A stretch of 32,783 bases of DNA from a candidate division WOR-3 bacterium (GTDB lineage Bacteria > Hydrothermota > Tepidihabitantia > Tepidihabitantales > Tepidihabitantaceae), in contig CBFGIY010000001.1 of assembly GCA_965648935.1 (NCBI GenBank), forward strand, positions 1-32,783, given 5' to 3'. Shown here piece after piece: positions 16,654-28,511 of this stretch (the first letter of the stretch is position 1; every line of letters begins with the position of its first letter). A program made the position numbers and the translations under genes. The notes under the pieces are model-generated. The model worked only from the letters and a program-made list of their open reading frames with translations, ran no database searches and was not told the origin of the DNA.

Positions 16654-19600
16654 TTACTCGACGAGCACGGTCTTGACCACGCGCCGGTCGGCACCGGTCT
16701 CCAGCCGCAGGAAGTAAACTCCCTGAGCGACCTTGCGGCCCGCGTCGTCGCGCCCGTCCCAGTTCAACTCGTACCGGCCCGGCGCCATCTCGCGGTCGGC
16801 AAGCGTCCGCACCTGCCGGCCCGAGCGGTCGTACAGCGCCCCGCGCACCCTGCCGGCCAGCGGCACGCCCAGACTGACCGTCGCGCGCCCGCGCGACGGG
16901 TTGGGGCTGACGCCGAGACGCAGGGCGGCCCGGGCCGCGGCCGGCCCGTCGCTCACGCCGGTCTGCACCGGGTCGGTCGAGTACAGGATGGCCCGGCCCG
17001 CAGTGACCGGCGCGGCCGCACGGTGGTAGGTGCCGTTGAACAGCGCCTGTATCGCCACGGCGCGGCTCGGGTCCTGGATTCCCACGGTCGATGAGCTCAT
17101 CCCGTTGTTGGATAGATACTGCACTTTGACCCGGCAGTTGCCGTCGGGCGCGGCCTGACTCGTGTCGTAGAAGATGACCTGGTTCTTCTCGAAAGTGGTC
17201 CGGTTCGAGTAGTACGCGACCGAGTCCCACTCGACGATGAACCGGCGGTTGGCCGCATCGTGCCAGTACCAGACTCCACCGCCGGTCGGCGGGTACAGGT
17301 CATCCCAGTTGAGGAACACCGCGGGCGGCAGGCTCGTCGCCGGCAGTTCGGTGTTGGAGTAGGCCGACGAAGTGGTCGAGCCCAGGCCCACCCAGCCGTT
17401 GCCGCAGATGGACAGCTGCGTGTAGTTCTGACCGTACCAGCGCACCGGTCCGAAACCGGTGGGCAGGTTCACGACCACGGTCTGATCGTCGGAAAGCGTC
17501 AGTCGCGTGCCGACGCCGTTGATTTCCACCCACCCGAACTCGGGGCAGGCGGTGTAGAAGGTGTCGACGTCGTCATAGGCGAAGTAGAGCGCGGGCTGGC
17601 GCGGGCCGTCCGGAATCGGGTCGGCCGCGGTGAGCGCGCCGACCGCGATGGTCACGACCCGCATCGCCGAGTAGCCGTCGCCGGCGATGCGCAGCGTGCA
17701 GGGAATCTGGGTTTCGGGCGGTATTGTACCGCTTGCGCTCACGCCGAACCGGTCCGAAGAATTGAACACGGTCTGCCCGGCCGGCACCGCGCCGTAAGTG
17801 CCGACCGAGTCGTTCACAACCAGCCGCGCGTCGCCCGAGCGCAGCCGCGCCGAAACGTTCTGGCAGTTGCCCAGTCCGATGTTGGCAAGCCCGAGCGCGA
17901 GCTCGGCAGTCTCGCCCGGGTCAAGCCGGCCGTTGTTGTTGCCGCCCGGCCGCGGGTCCCAGCACTGCGTCCCGGCCGCGACGAGTTGCGGCGCGCCCAC
18001 CACCAGGGTCGGCGTCGAGCTGTACGCCGAGTCAAGCGTGTCGCGGCAGACCAGCACCAGCGGCAGGGTGTAGCGGTTGGTGCAGGCCGCGGCCACGCGC
18101 AGCTTGAAGCCGTTGGTGCCGGTCCAGGCCGAGTCCCCGGCCCCGACCGTACCGAAGTAGCGCACCGAATCGGTCACGGTCACCAGCGTGTCGGCCGAAG
18201 TCCGGCGCAGCACTCCCCGGACACCGTTCATCGTGCGCTCGGACCGGTTGGCGATCCACACCGGCAGATTGAAGCTCTCGCCCGGATTGATGATGCCGTC
18301 GCCGTTGCCGCCCGGCGGCGGGTCGTCGACAACCGCGCGCAGGAACGAGATTCCGCCCGGCATCTGGCGGTCGTACCACGACTGGGCCGAGTCGGCATGC
18401 TCGCTCATCTCGGCCGCGGTGTTGGCTCCGACCAGCGCAAACGCGACCTTCTGCCGCGCGCCCGGCGCGAGATTGAACGGCCCGGCCGAAGCCACGCACG
18501 ACCAGTTGGCCGAGCGGTTGGAATTGGGCAGGCTGATTGCGCCGCGCAGGAAGCTGTCCTTGACCGCCTCGGTCATCATACTGCCCGGGGTCACGTAGAT
18601 CGCGTGGTCGATGGCCGACAGGTTGGCGGCCGCAGGGGGCGACAGCACTTTGATGCCGGCCGAGTTGGAGTAGCTGGAGGCCCCGGCCATGTATACAAGC
18701 CTGCGGCCCGCATCCGAAAACACCCGGTTCGAAGTCGTGTTGTTGACATCGAAGTCGGAGAGAATCCCGCAGTACAGCCCGTTGATGGCGCTTGAGCCGG
18801 TGTTCTCCAGCGTGTACTCGATGATGACGAAATCGCGGTACCCGGGCGAGGACAGCGCCCCGGACCACTGGCGCACGCGCAGGCCCCTGGGACTCGGATG
18901 CGCGCCGTCGTCAATCACCGCGGCATACTCCTCGTGTGCGCCGATGGGCGGCAGTACTGCGTGCAGCGTGTCGACCGCGCGCCAGTCGGCGTTCCAGGTC
19001 GAACTCGGCTGGCCGTACCAGCGGTCAACCACGTACGCGGGCGAATTGCCGCACGCCAGCGACGTGAAGTAGAGCGAGCCGTAGCCCGCGTCGCGCGGGT
19101 ACTTCAGTCCCGAGCCCTCGCGGTACGGCCCGAGCGTGCCGATCGAACCGAGCGAGGTCATCGACAGGATGATGTTGCCGGTGTCGTGGTCGGCCCAGAG
19201 CTTGCGCGGCACCGGGGTCGGTCCGACCTGCAGTTCGAAGTACGGCGACCAGGTCCCCTGACCGGTCACGGTGTTCAGCACGAACTCGGCCAGCATGCCA
19301 CTCGGGGTCGCGCTCGAAGCGCTCACACGCAGCCGGTCACCCTCGACCGTGTCGCCCGGCGCGATGGAGCCGAAGCTGGCGGTCGAATCCAGCCGCGTGA
19401 TGTAGCTCGACATCGTGCGCAGCGTCGCGTTCACACCGGTCGCGGCCGCTGCTCCGAGGTTGGTGAGCCTGACATACAGGTCCGCGCTCTCGCCCGGGTC
19501 GAGCCGGCCGTTACCGTCGGTGTCATCCACGCGCACGCCTGCAAACACCAGCGCCGGATTGGCCGACGCGCCGCTCACTGTGATTGTCGCGTCGTACGGC

Positions 19601-21540
19601 AGCCGGTCCGGCGCGGTGACCGACAGGGTCGCGCTGCCCGAACTGGTCGGGTTCACGAAGAGGTCAATCCAGCCCGCGGAATTGGTCCAGCCCCGGGCAT
19701 AAGTCTCCGTGCCCTTGGCAATGCAGACAAGCGCGCCTCTGACCGGGTTACCGCCGCTCTGGACGGTCACGCGCACCACCTGGGGACCGGCTGTGATAGT
19801 CGAAGGCGCGGTCACCGCCAGCGCGGTCGGCGGCTCGGCCCACATCCCCAGCGACGGGTCGCCGAACAGGTTGAGCTCATACACGCACCAGCGCCACACC
19901 TCCTGCCCCATCGTCAGACTCTGGAAGTAGTCCTTCGACATCGCGTTGAGCGTCCCGAACTGGAACGCGTCCCGGTTGACGAAATGGCGGTAGTACTGCA
20001 GGTCAAGCATCTCGGACGGCCCGAACCCGGGCGGGTAACCGTAGCCGTAGCGCGAGTTCAGGCAGACCGCAACCGCGCCGCCGTTCGGGGCCTTGACCAG
20101 AGCCTCGGCCAGGCACTCGTACCCGTCGAACCAGCCCGACTGGCAGGCGATGGAATTGATGAACGCGAGCTTGCGCAGCCCGTTCGAGAGCCCCGGTGCC
20201 TCGGATGCTTCCATCACCGAGAAACTTGTCTGGTTGCCGTGCGCGGCCACGTGCGAGATGTTGTTGCCCACGCTGATCTGCCCCGCGTACACGCCCGACC
20301 CGGGGTCCTCAAGGTGGGTGAACTGCCAGTCCGGGGCGAACAGCTCGTTCATCATCCGATTGATGACCCGGCCGTGGAATGGCGAGAAGAGCATCGTCGA
20401 ACCCATCACCGCCTTCTTGATGTAGGACGGGTCAGGGTTGCGCGCGAAGGTCGTGCACTTGCGGAAGAACAGGTCCACGTCCGACGAGTTGTCAGCCGGA
20501 GTCCGGCCGATGAAGATGTCGTGGAACAAGTCCACCGAATCGGTCATCTCCCCGAAATAGTTGTTGCGGTCCGAATCCCACGAATACTGCAGGTCCGCGT
20601 AGTAGAAGTCGGTGGCAATCTGCTCGGTCGTGCCTTCGACGGTGAGTCGCGCCAGCCGAACGGGCACCACCTCGGCATCACCGCCCACCAGCACCCACTT
20701 CAGCCCGTGGTTCTGCCAGTAGTCGATGATGCAGTTGCGGATGCGCTCCTGATTGTCACGGCCGGGATAGGTCGAGTAGATGGACTCGGTCTTGACCACC
20801 ACGGTCTTGATGCCGGCGCGCGTCTTCCAGTTGACATAAGGCTGGAAGCTTGCCGCCAGCGCATTGGTCGTGATGACCATCATATCGCACAGCCAGTGGT
20901 CGGTGACACGGGACTGGGGCCGCCAGGTCCTGACCGCTTCCGGGTTGGCCACGATGCGCGCGGCCGCACCCGCGAAGAGCTCGACCTGCGACTCATCGAG
21001 GGCAACCACCGGGTGCCGGCCGCGCTCGAAAGTCACCGTGACCTCAATCCGCGTCGCAAGCTCAAGCTGCCGGCGCGCCGGGTTGTAGGAGAGCGGCGCG
21101 ACCTGCACCCCGGCGATGCGATACCCGCTCATCGAACCCGAGAGCGTGAAAGTGACCGGCTCGGCCGGGTAAGGCTTGTCCGCGCCGTAAATTGCCGGGT
21201 CCGGCTCGACGAAAGCAAGTTGCGGCTGGGACAGGGCCTGCGCTCGCTGGGCCGGATGAATCAGATACTCGCCAGGCAGCACGACGCTGGTCCGGTTCGA
21301 AACCGCCACGTCCACGACCTCGGCGTCAGGCGGGATGAGAATGTTGTACGTTGCCAGCGGCAGCGACGGTTTGCCCGGCTCGGTTGTCCAGTACTGCCCG
21401 GGCAGGGCCACGACATCGAAACCGTTCTCCCGGTCAAACACGAAATCGCCGGGCGCAAACTCCAGCACCCGGCTCACCGTGCCGGTCGCGGCAATCGCCA
21501 GCGCCGGCAAAAGAAAAAGCACGCGGACAAAGCGCGTCAC
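16654..21540 (-). CDS. large C25 (gingipain-family) cysteine peptidase with propeptide, Ig-like domains and FlgD/T9SS-like CTD
   Basis: GTG 21540 after AGGAGG. Signal peptide, propeptide (PGKPSLP..ILIP), His/Cys dyad AAHGN and NSIAC, LFGDP. Three NG..DPGE-type domains. C-terminal PNP...WDGRDDAGRKVAQGVYFLRL. Confidence 0.9.
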   Translation of the reverse strand: MTRFVRVLFLLPALAIAATGTVSRVLEFAPGDFVFDRENGFDVVALPGQYWTTEPGKPSLPLATYNILIPPDAEVVDVAVSNRTSVVLPGEYLIHPAQRAQALSQPQLAFVEPDPAIYGADKPYPAEPVTFTLSGSMSGYRIAGVQVAPLSYNPARRQLELATRIEVTVTFERGRHPVVALDESQVELFAGAAARIVANPEAVRTWRPQSRVTDHWLCDMMVITTNALAASFQPYVNWKTRAGIKTVVVKTESIYSTYPGRDNQERIRNCIIDYWQNHGLKWVLVGGDAEVVPVRLARLTVEGTTEQIATDFYYADLQYSWDSDRNNYFGEMTDSVDLFHDIFIGRTPADNSSDVDLFFRKCTTFARNPDPSYIKKAVMGSTMLFSPFHGRVINRMMNELFAPDWQFTHLEDPGSGVYAGQISVGNNISHVAAHGNQTSFSVMEASEAPGLSNGLRKLAFINSIACQSGWFDGYECLAEALVKAPNGGAVAVCLNSRYGYGYPPGFGPSEMLDLQYYRHFVNRDAFQFGTLNAMSKDYFQSLTMGQEVWRWCVYELNLFGDPSLGMWAEPPTALAVTAPSTITAGPQVVRVTVQSGGNPVRGALVCIAKGTETYARGWTNSAGWIDLFVNPTSSGSATLSVTAPDRLPYDATITVSGASANPALVFAGVRVDDTDGNGRLDPGESADLYVRLTNLGAAAATGVNATLRTMSSYITRLDSTASFGSIAPGDTVEGDRLRVSASSATPSGMLAEFVLNTVTGQGTWSPYFELQVGPTPVPRKLWADHDTGNIILSMTSLGSIGTLGPYREGSGLKYPRDAGYGSLYFTSLACGNSPAYVVDRWYGQPSSTWNADWRAVDTLHAVLPPIGAHEEYAAVIDDGAHPSPRGLRVRQWSGALSSPGYRDFVIIEYTLENTGSSAINGLYCGILSDFDVNNTTSNRVFSDAGRRLVYMAGASSYSNSAGIKVLSPPAAANLSAIDHAIYVTPGSMMTEAVKDSFLRGAISLPNSNRSANWSCVASAGPFNLAPGARQKVAFALVGANTAAEMSEHADSAQSWYDRQMPGGISFLRAVVDDPPPGGNGDGIINPGESFNLPVWIANRSERTMNGVRGVLRRTSADTLVTVTDSVRYFGTVGAGDSAWTGTNGFKLRVAAACTNRYTLPLVLVCRDTLDSAYSSTPTLVVGAPQLVAAGTQCWDPRPGGNNNGRLDPGETAELALGLANIGLGNCQNVSARLRSGDARLVVNDSVGTYGAVPAGQTVFNSSDRFGVSASGTIPPETQIPCTLRIAGDGYSAMRVVTIAVGALTAADPIPDGPRQPALYFAYDDVDTFYTACPEFGWVEINGVGTRLTLSDDQTVVVNLPTGFGPVRWYGQNYTQLSICGNGWVGLGSTTSSAYSNTELPATSLPPAVFLNWDDLYPPTGGGVWYWHDAANRRFIVEWDSVAYYSNRTTFEKNQVIFYDTSQAAPDGNCRVKVQYLSNNGMSSSTVGIQDPSRAVAIQALFNGTYHRAAAPVTAGRAILYSTDPVQTGVSDGPAAARAALRLGVSPNPSRGRATVSLGVPLAGRVRGALYDRSGRQVRTLADREMAPGRYELNWDGRDDAGRKVAQGVYFLRLETGADRRVVKTVLVE

Positions 21541-21610
21541 TGTGGACCTCCTGACAGCGTTCAATCTGCCTTGTGTCGGCCTTACCTGCAGAGCCCCCGC
21601 AGGCCGCGAG

Positions 21611-21638
21611 ATTCTACCCCCTGCCCCGCTCCGGTCAA
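21611..21638 (-). promoter_or_regulatory. sigma70-type promoter for the large C25 gene
   Basis: TTGACC(21638-21633), 16 nt, TAGAAT(21616-21611). Confidence 0.65.
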
Positions 21639-21669
21639 TCCCGCATCGGCGCGTCCGGCCGGCGCCGGA

Positions 21670-22751
21670 TCAGTCTGACTTGACGAAGAACTTGCCGGGA
21701 AGCTGGCGGACAACGCCCTTGAGTTCGAGCTGCATCAGCACGCCGAGCAGCACCGCCATCGGCATCCCGAGGGTCTCGCATATCTCGTCGACGTGGAGCG
21801 GGTCTGAGGACAAGGCATCGAGCACCGGCGCTTCCTCGGCGCTGATGTCGGCCCGCGCTTTCTGTTCGAGCTGGACCGCGACCCCGAGGTCGCGGATGAC
21901 GTCCTCGGGGCAGGTCGCGGGCCGCGCGCCGGTAAGGAGCAGACGGTTGGACCCGAGGCTCAAGGGCGAAGTCACCGGCCCGGGCACAGCATAGACGTCG
22001 CGGCCCTGGTCCGCGGCCCACGCCGCGGTGTTGAGCACGCCCGACTTCTCGGCCGCCTCGACCGCGACCACGGCGCGCGACAGACCGGATACGATTCGGT
22101 TGCGCTTGGGGAAGTTCATCGCCAGCGGCTCGGTCCCGGGCGCGAACTCGGACAGCACCGCGCCGTTCCCGCTTATCTCGTCGTAGAGCCGCCGGTTCTC
22201 CGGCGGGTAGTAAACATCGATGCCGCACCCGAGCACCGCAATGGTGCGGCCGCCAGCCTCCAGCGCGGCCTTGTGCGCGCTGGTGTCGATGCCCCTTGCC
22301 AGGCCGCTGACCACGGTGATGCCGTTCCGGGCGAGTGCCTGGGCAAACCGCTCGGCCACCTGCCGGCCGTAATGGGTGGCCCGGCGCGTCCCGACTATCG
22401 CCGCGGCCAGCCGGTCCTCCTCAGTGACCGCGCCGCGCGCGAACAGCACGGGCGGCATGTGGGCCAGCTCCTTGAGGCTCGCTGGATAGTCCGGGTCCCG
22501 GAACCCCAGTGTCCGCACGCCCGAATCGCGCGCCGCCCTGATGCGCGCTTCGGTCTCGTCGCTCCGCCGATACCCGGCCACGGCCCGGGCCAGCTCCTCG
22601 TCGATGCCCGGACACTCGCGCAGCGCCGCGTAGCCGGCCGACAGGACCTTGTCCGGTTCCTCGAAGTGCGCGAGCAGGTGCTTCAGCCGCGTCTCGTTCA
22701 TCCGCGGCACCGCGTACAGGTCGGCGTACTCCTCGCGGAACCCGGCCGCCA

Positions 22752-22752
<1 letters not shown>
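21670..22752 (-). CDS. dprA: DNA-processing protein DprA
   Basis: AIVGTR, VSGLARGID, FPKRNRIVSGLS, VEA..KSG.L.TA, AVPG and a C-terminal winged helix. Confidence 0.95.
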
Positions 22753-23723
<971 letters not shown>

Positions 23724-24215
23724 CTACTTTCTCTTCCTTGAGGCGAACTTGCGGCGCAAGGCCCGCTCGACCGGCTCGGACACGAAACAGCCGACCTCGC
23801 CGCCCCGGCTCGCCAGCTCGCGCACGAGCGACGAACTCAGGTAGAAGTACTTCTCCGAAGGCAGGAAGAACACCGTCTCGAACTCCGGCGCCAGCTTGCG
23901 GTTGGTCAGGGCCATCTGGAACTCGTAGTCGAAATCCATCACCGCGCGCATCCCGCGCACGACCGCGACCGCGCCGGTCGAGCGCACCAGGTCCACGAGC
24001 AGCGTGTCGAATCCCTGCACCTCGACCCCGGCGAGGCCCGCGGTTGCCTGCCGCGCCAGCCGGACCCGCTCGGCCCACGAGAACAGCGGGTATTTCTCCT
24101 CGCGCCGCGCCACCGCCACGACCACGCGGTCGAAAAGCCGGGTCGCGCGCCGCACCACATCAAGGTGGCCCAGCGTTATCGGGTCGAAACTGCCCGGGTA
24201 GACTGCCGTCTTCAT
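23724..24215 (-). CDS. coaD: pantetheine-phosphate adenylyltransferase
   Basis: YPGSFDPITLGH, RGMR..DFDYE, SSSLVRE. ATGA overlap with the rsmD stop. Confidence 0.96.
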   Translation of the reverse strand: MKTAVYPGSFDPITLGHLDVVRRATRLFDRVVVAVARREEKYPLFSWAERVRLARQATAGLAGVEVQGFDTLLVDLVRSTGAVAVVRGMRAVMDFDYEFQMALTNRKLAPEFETVFFLPSEKYFYLSSSLVRELASRGGEVGCFVSEPVERALRRKFASRKRK

Positions 24216-24745
24216 TCCGGCCTCCTGATTATCGTCACCAGTGTGTCTCCGTACTTTGCCTGCCTCACAACGCTCCAGCCTGCGTGCGGGGTCGGTTTCT
24301 CGGCCGCGGCGTGCTCGATGACCAGCAGTCCGCCGGGAGCCAGCAGCCCGTGTCGCGCCACAGCGGCAACGCACTCGTCAACCAGGCCCTTGCGATAGGG
24401 CGGGTCGGCAATCACGATGTCGAAATCCTGCCCGGCCAGCCGTTCGAGTGCCCCGGGCAGGCTGCCGCGCATGGCCTCGGCTTCCTCGATGCCGGCGATG
24501 TTCGCCCGCAGGTGGCGCAGGGTCGCGGCATCGCGCTCGACGAACACCGCTCTCGCCGCGCCGCGCGACAGCGCCTCCAGCCCGAGCGACCCGCCCCCGG
24601 CAAAAAGGTCAAGCACCCGCGCCCCGCCCACGCGGTCGGCAAGGATGTTGAAAATGGCCTGCCGGGTGATGTCCTTGGTCGGCCTCAGGCCCGCACGCGG
24701 GTATGACAGCTCGCGACCCTTGAACCGGCCGGAACGGACCCGCAT
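24212..24745 (-). CDS. rsmD: 16S rRNA m2G966 methyltransferase
   Basis: GRFKGR, RPT, LDLFAGGGSLGLEALSRGA, DPPY. Canonical rsmD-coaD pair. Confidence 0.94.
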   Translation of the reverse strand: MRVRSGRFKGRELSYPRAGLRPTKDITRQAIFNILADRVGGARVLDLFAGGGSLGLEALSRGAARAVFVERDAATLRHLRANIAGIEEAEAMRGSLPGALERLAGQDFDIVIADPPYRKGLVDECVAAVARHGLLAPGGLLVIEHAAAEKPTPHAGWSVVRQAKYGDTLVTIIRRPE

Positions 24746-24751
24746 CGGCTG

Positions 24752-24854
24752 ACTATAGCCCGGTCGCTCTGCGTGTCAAACCCCGGGCCGTCAACCGGCA
24801 GTCCGGCATCGTGGTTCCTCCGGTTCTTGACTCCCCTGCCCCCACTTCTATACT
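24752..24854. promoter_or_regulatory. divergent sigma70-type promoters, both leaderless
   Basis: Minus strand: TTGACA(24779-24774), 16 nt, TATAGT(24757-24752), ATG 6 nt later. Plus strand: TTGACT(24827-24832), 16 nt, TATACT(24849-24854), ATG 6 nt later. Confidence 0.72.
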
Positions 24855-24860
24855 ACCGCG

Positions 24861-25678
<818 letters not shown>

Positions 25679-25682
<4 letters not shown>

Positions 25683-26758
25683 GCCGCGTACTCCTCAGGG
25701 ACCTGACCAAGGTCTTCGACAAGGGCGTGGTCGCGGTCGACCGCGTTTCATTCGAGGTCGCGGACCGGGAATTCTTCGTGCTCGTCGGACCGTCCGGCTG
25801 CGGCAAATCCACCACCCTGCGCCTCGTCGCGGGCCTCGAAGAAGCCACTTCCGGAGAGATATGGATCGGCGACCGCGAGGTCACCGAGGTCGAGCCGCGC
25901 GACCGCGACATCGCGATGGTCTTCCAGAATTACGCGCTCTACCCGCATATGACCGTTGCCGACAACCTCGCCTTTGCGCTCAAGCTGCGCAAGCTGCCGC
26001 GCGCCGACATCCGCGCCCGCGTCGAGGAAGCCGCGCGCATACTCGGCGTCGGCGAGCTGCTCGAGCGCAAGCCGGCCGCGCTCTCGGGCGGCCAGCGCCA
26101 GCGAGTCGCGCTCGGCCGCGCCATCGTCCGCCACCCCAAGGTGTTTCTCTTTGACGAGCCTCTTTCCAACCTCGACGCCAAGCTGCGCGTCGGGATGCGC
26201 GCCGAGCTCGCCCGGATTCACCGCAAGCTCGAAACGACCGCCTTCTACGTCACCCACGACCAGGTCGAGGCGATGACCCTGGGCCAGCGCATCGGCGTGA
26301 TGAAGGACGGCAAGCTCCTGCAGCTGTCCGACTCGATGACGCTCTACAACCGGCCGGTCAACCGCTTCGTCGCCGGGTTCATCGGCTCGCCGCCGATGAA
26401 CTTCCTCGCCGGCTGCATCGAACCCGGCCCGCCGCCGCGCTTCGCCCACCCCGCAGCCGGGTTCAGTCTCACTCCGGCGCTGTGGGCCGCGCTCGAGCCC
26501 CACTCGGGCAGGCCGGTCACGCTCGGGGTCCGGCCCGAAGACATCCGTCTCACCGACTCGGGCGGCGCCCGCGCCGGCATCGAGGTCGCCGAGCAGATGG
26601 GCAACGAGAACATCCTTTACCTCAAGGCCGGCGACGACACGCTCATCGCCCGGGTCCCGCCCGACCACGCGGCCCGGCCCGGCGACGGTGTCAACATCAC
26701 CTTCAACCTTGACCGGGTCCACTTTTTCGACGCCGCGACCGAAGCCGCCCTGCTCTGA
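25679..26758 (+). CDS. MalK/UgpC/MsmX-type sugar ABC transporter ATPase
   Basis: GPSGCGKST, VFQNYALYPHM, LSGGQRQR, FLFDEPLSNLDAKLR, FIGSPPMN and a C-terminal TOBE-like region. GTGA overlap with accD. Confidence 0.93.
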
Positions 26759-26780
26759 GAGCCTCTGCCGGCAACCGCTC

Positions 26781-26808
26781 TTGACATCGGCCGGGCCAAT
26801 CCTACGAT
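26781..26808 (+). promoter_or_regulatory. sigma70-type promoter for the two small ORFs
   Basis: TTGACA, 16 nt, TACGAT. Confidence 0.6.
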
Positions 26809-26838
26809 GCATTGGCCGGTCACAGAGCTCTTGGTGTG

Positions 26839-27108
26839 ATGACTGACGATACCCGCAACCAGCGACAGCCCGTTGCCGCCGAGTCGGCGGACGACTGCCG
26901 TGTGCTCGAATTCGGCCCCCATAACCTCCTGCAGTGCGGCCCGCACAACACCCTGCGCTGCGACGCGCCCGGCTCGGTCTACTTGATGGCCGACGACTTC
27001 TCGCTCATCGGCACCACAATCGAGGAAGCCGGCATCGCCGAGGCGGTCGAGGCAATGCGCGAGCAGTGGCCGGTCAGGATAGGCCTGCCGCCGGCCGAAT
27101 CCGACTAG
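26839..27108 (+). CDS. small acidic hypothetical protein with an internal GPHN repeat
   Basis: Follows a promoter and has host-like GC3-rich codons. Start uncertain (TTG 26812, GTG 26836 or ATG 26839). Confidence 0.6.
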   Translation: MTDDTRNQRQPVAAESADDCRVLEFGPHNLLQCGPHNTLRCDAPGSVYLMADDFSLIGTTIEEAGIAEAVEAMREQWPVRIGLPPAESD

Positions 27109-27110
27109 CC

Positions 27111-27509
27111 GTGGAACAGCGCCCCATCCAGGTTTTCTGCGACACCTGTTCGCGCGGCGTGCTCGTCTGGAAAGAGTCGATGTACCGCTGCCCGGCCTGC
27201 GCCCGCCAGGTCTGCGTCGACTGCTTCGACCGCACCCTGCGCAAGTGCGCCGCCTGCGCCGAGCCCGAGCGCGAGCGGCTCCGGCTCCAGCGCGAGAACG
27301 CGGCCCTGCTCGACGAGGAACGGCGCATCGCCGCGATGCGCGCCCGCCGGCTCCAGGCCACCTGGGGCGGCATCATCGGCGGCCTCGCGTTCATCGCCGG
27401 GTCCGGCCTCGTGACCTGGCTGCTCCTCACCGGCCGCTGCACCCTGCCCGCCCTGCCGCGCCTGCCCTCTGGCTCCCGCACCGAAGTCCCCGCCCCGGGA
27501 CCGGACTGA
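27111..27509 (+). CDS. Zn-finger (4x CxxC), coiled-coil, single C-terminal TM protein
   Basis: CDTC-x13-CPAC-x4-CVDC-x7-CAAC, charged helical stretch, hydrophobic WGGIIGGLAFIAGSGLVTWLLL. GTG 2 nt after the upstream stop. Confidence 0.75.
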   Translation: MEQRPIQVFCDTCSRGVLVWKESMYRCPACARQVCVDCFDRTLRKCAACAEPERERLRLQRENAALLDEERRIAAMRARRLQATWGGIIGGLAFIAGSGLVTWLLLTGRCTLPALPRLPSGSRTEVPAPGPD

Positions 27510-27594
27510 CCCCGCCCGCTCCCGCGGTGCCGCGCTCTGCGCTCGGCAGCCGGTCTGCCGCCATCCGCGCCCCGGTCTTCTCCTCCCGCCGCGC

Positions 27595-27624
27595 TTGACA
27601 GGCAGACCGGCCGCGCCTTATGAT
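27595..27624 (+). promoter_or_regulatory. sigma70-type promoter for the nucleotidyltransferase
   Basis: TTGACA, 18 nt, TATGAT. GGGAGA SD at 27631-27636. Confidence 0.62.
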
Positions 27625-27645
27625 GCATCTGGGAGAACACCCGAA

Positions 27646-28485
27646 ATGCCCGACGCCAGAGCCACCAACACAAGCGCGCTGTTCCGGCCGGTATTTGGCA
27701 AGCGGGCCGAGAGCGTATCGCCCGACCAGTACCTCGCCTCCATCCTCGACCACTACAACCTGCCGGTCGTTCCGCACTCGCCCGTGCCCGACGCCCGCGC
27801 GGCCGTCGAGCCGACCCTGCGCGCGTGGGCCGGCCGCTTCCTGCTGGACATCTCCTTCACCGGCTCTTACTGCAAGGGCACGCGCATCAAGGGCGTGTCC
27901 GACGCCGACCTGCTCGTCTCGCTCGGGCCCAAGACACCCTGCACGATGAAGGAGCTCTATGCCCGGCTCTTTGCCGCGCTCAAGAAGGCCGGACTGAACC
28001 CGGTCGAAGGCGCGGTGTCGGTCGACGTTGTGGTGCGGGGCGTGCGCCTCGACATCATCCCGGCCCGGCGCCAGTGGGGCGCCGAACCCAACCACGAGAT
28101 ACACCGCACCGAGCGCGACAAGTCGGTCGTCACGAACCTCGAACTTCACGTCGACCGGGTGCGCCACTCCCACCGCCTCGACGAAATCCGCGCGACCAAG
28201 ATCTGGGCCCAGAACCGCAAGCTCCGCTTCCCATCGTTCTACCTCGAGCTGACCGTCATCGCGGCGCTTGCCGGCCGGCCCGAGAACGCGCCCGCCGACA
28301 ACTTCCTCGCCGTGCTCGAGTATCTGCGCGACCGTTTCCCCAATGCGCGGGTCGTCGACCCGGCCAACCACCGCAACGCCGTGTCCGAGGACCTGCTCCT
28401 GCACGAGCGCCTCGCGATTGCCGACGCGGCCCGCGAAACGCTCAAGGCCGCGTCCTGGGACCGCATCATCTGGATATCGGCCTGA
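27646..28485 (+). CDS. cGAS/DncV-like (CD-NTase/SMODS, CdnC/OAS-like) nucleotidyltransferase
   Basis: Pol-beta active site hGS..KGT....DhD (FTGSYCKGTRIKGVSDADLLV) and third acid in LDIIPA. TN..LH, KIW, FPSFYLEL and VVDPAN..N.VS motifs are typical of CdnC/OAS-like enzymes. Confidence 0.82.
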   Translation: MPDARATNTSALFRPVFGKRAESVSPDQYLASILDHYNLPVVPHSPVPDARAAVEPTLRAWAGRFLLDISFTGSYCKGTRIKGVSDADLLVSLGPKTPCTMKELYARLFAALKKAGLNPVEGAVSVDVVVRGVRLDIIPARRQWGAEPNHEIHRTERDKSVVTNLELHVDRVRHSHRLDEIRATKIWAQNRKLRFPSFYLELTVIAALAGRPENAPADNFLAVLEYLRDRFPNARVVDPANHRNAVSEDLLLHERLAIADAARETLKAASWDRIIWISA

Positions 28486-28511
28486 ACCTGACCTGACCGC
28501 ACCCCGAGCCG

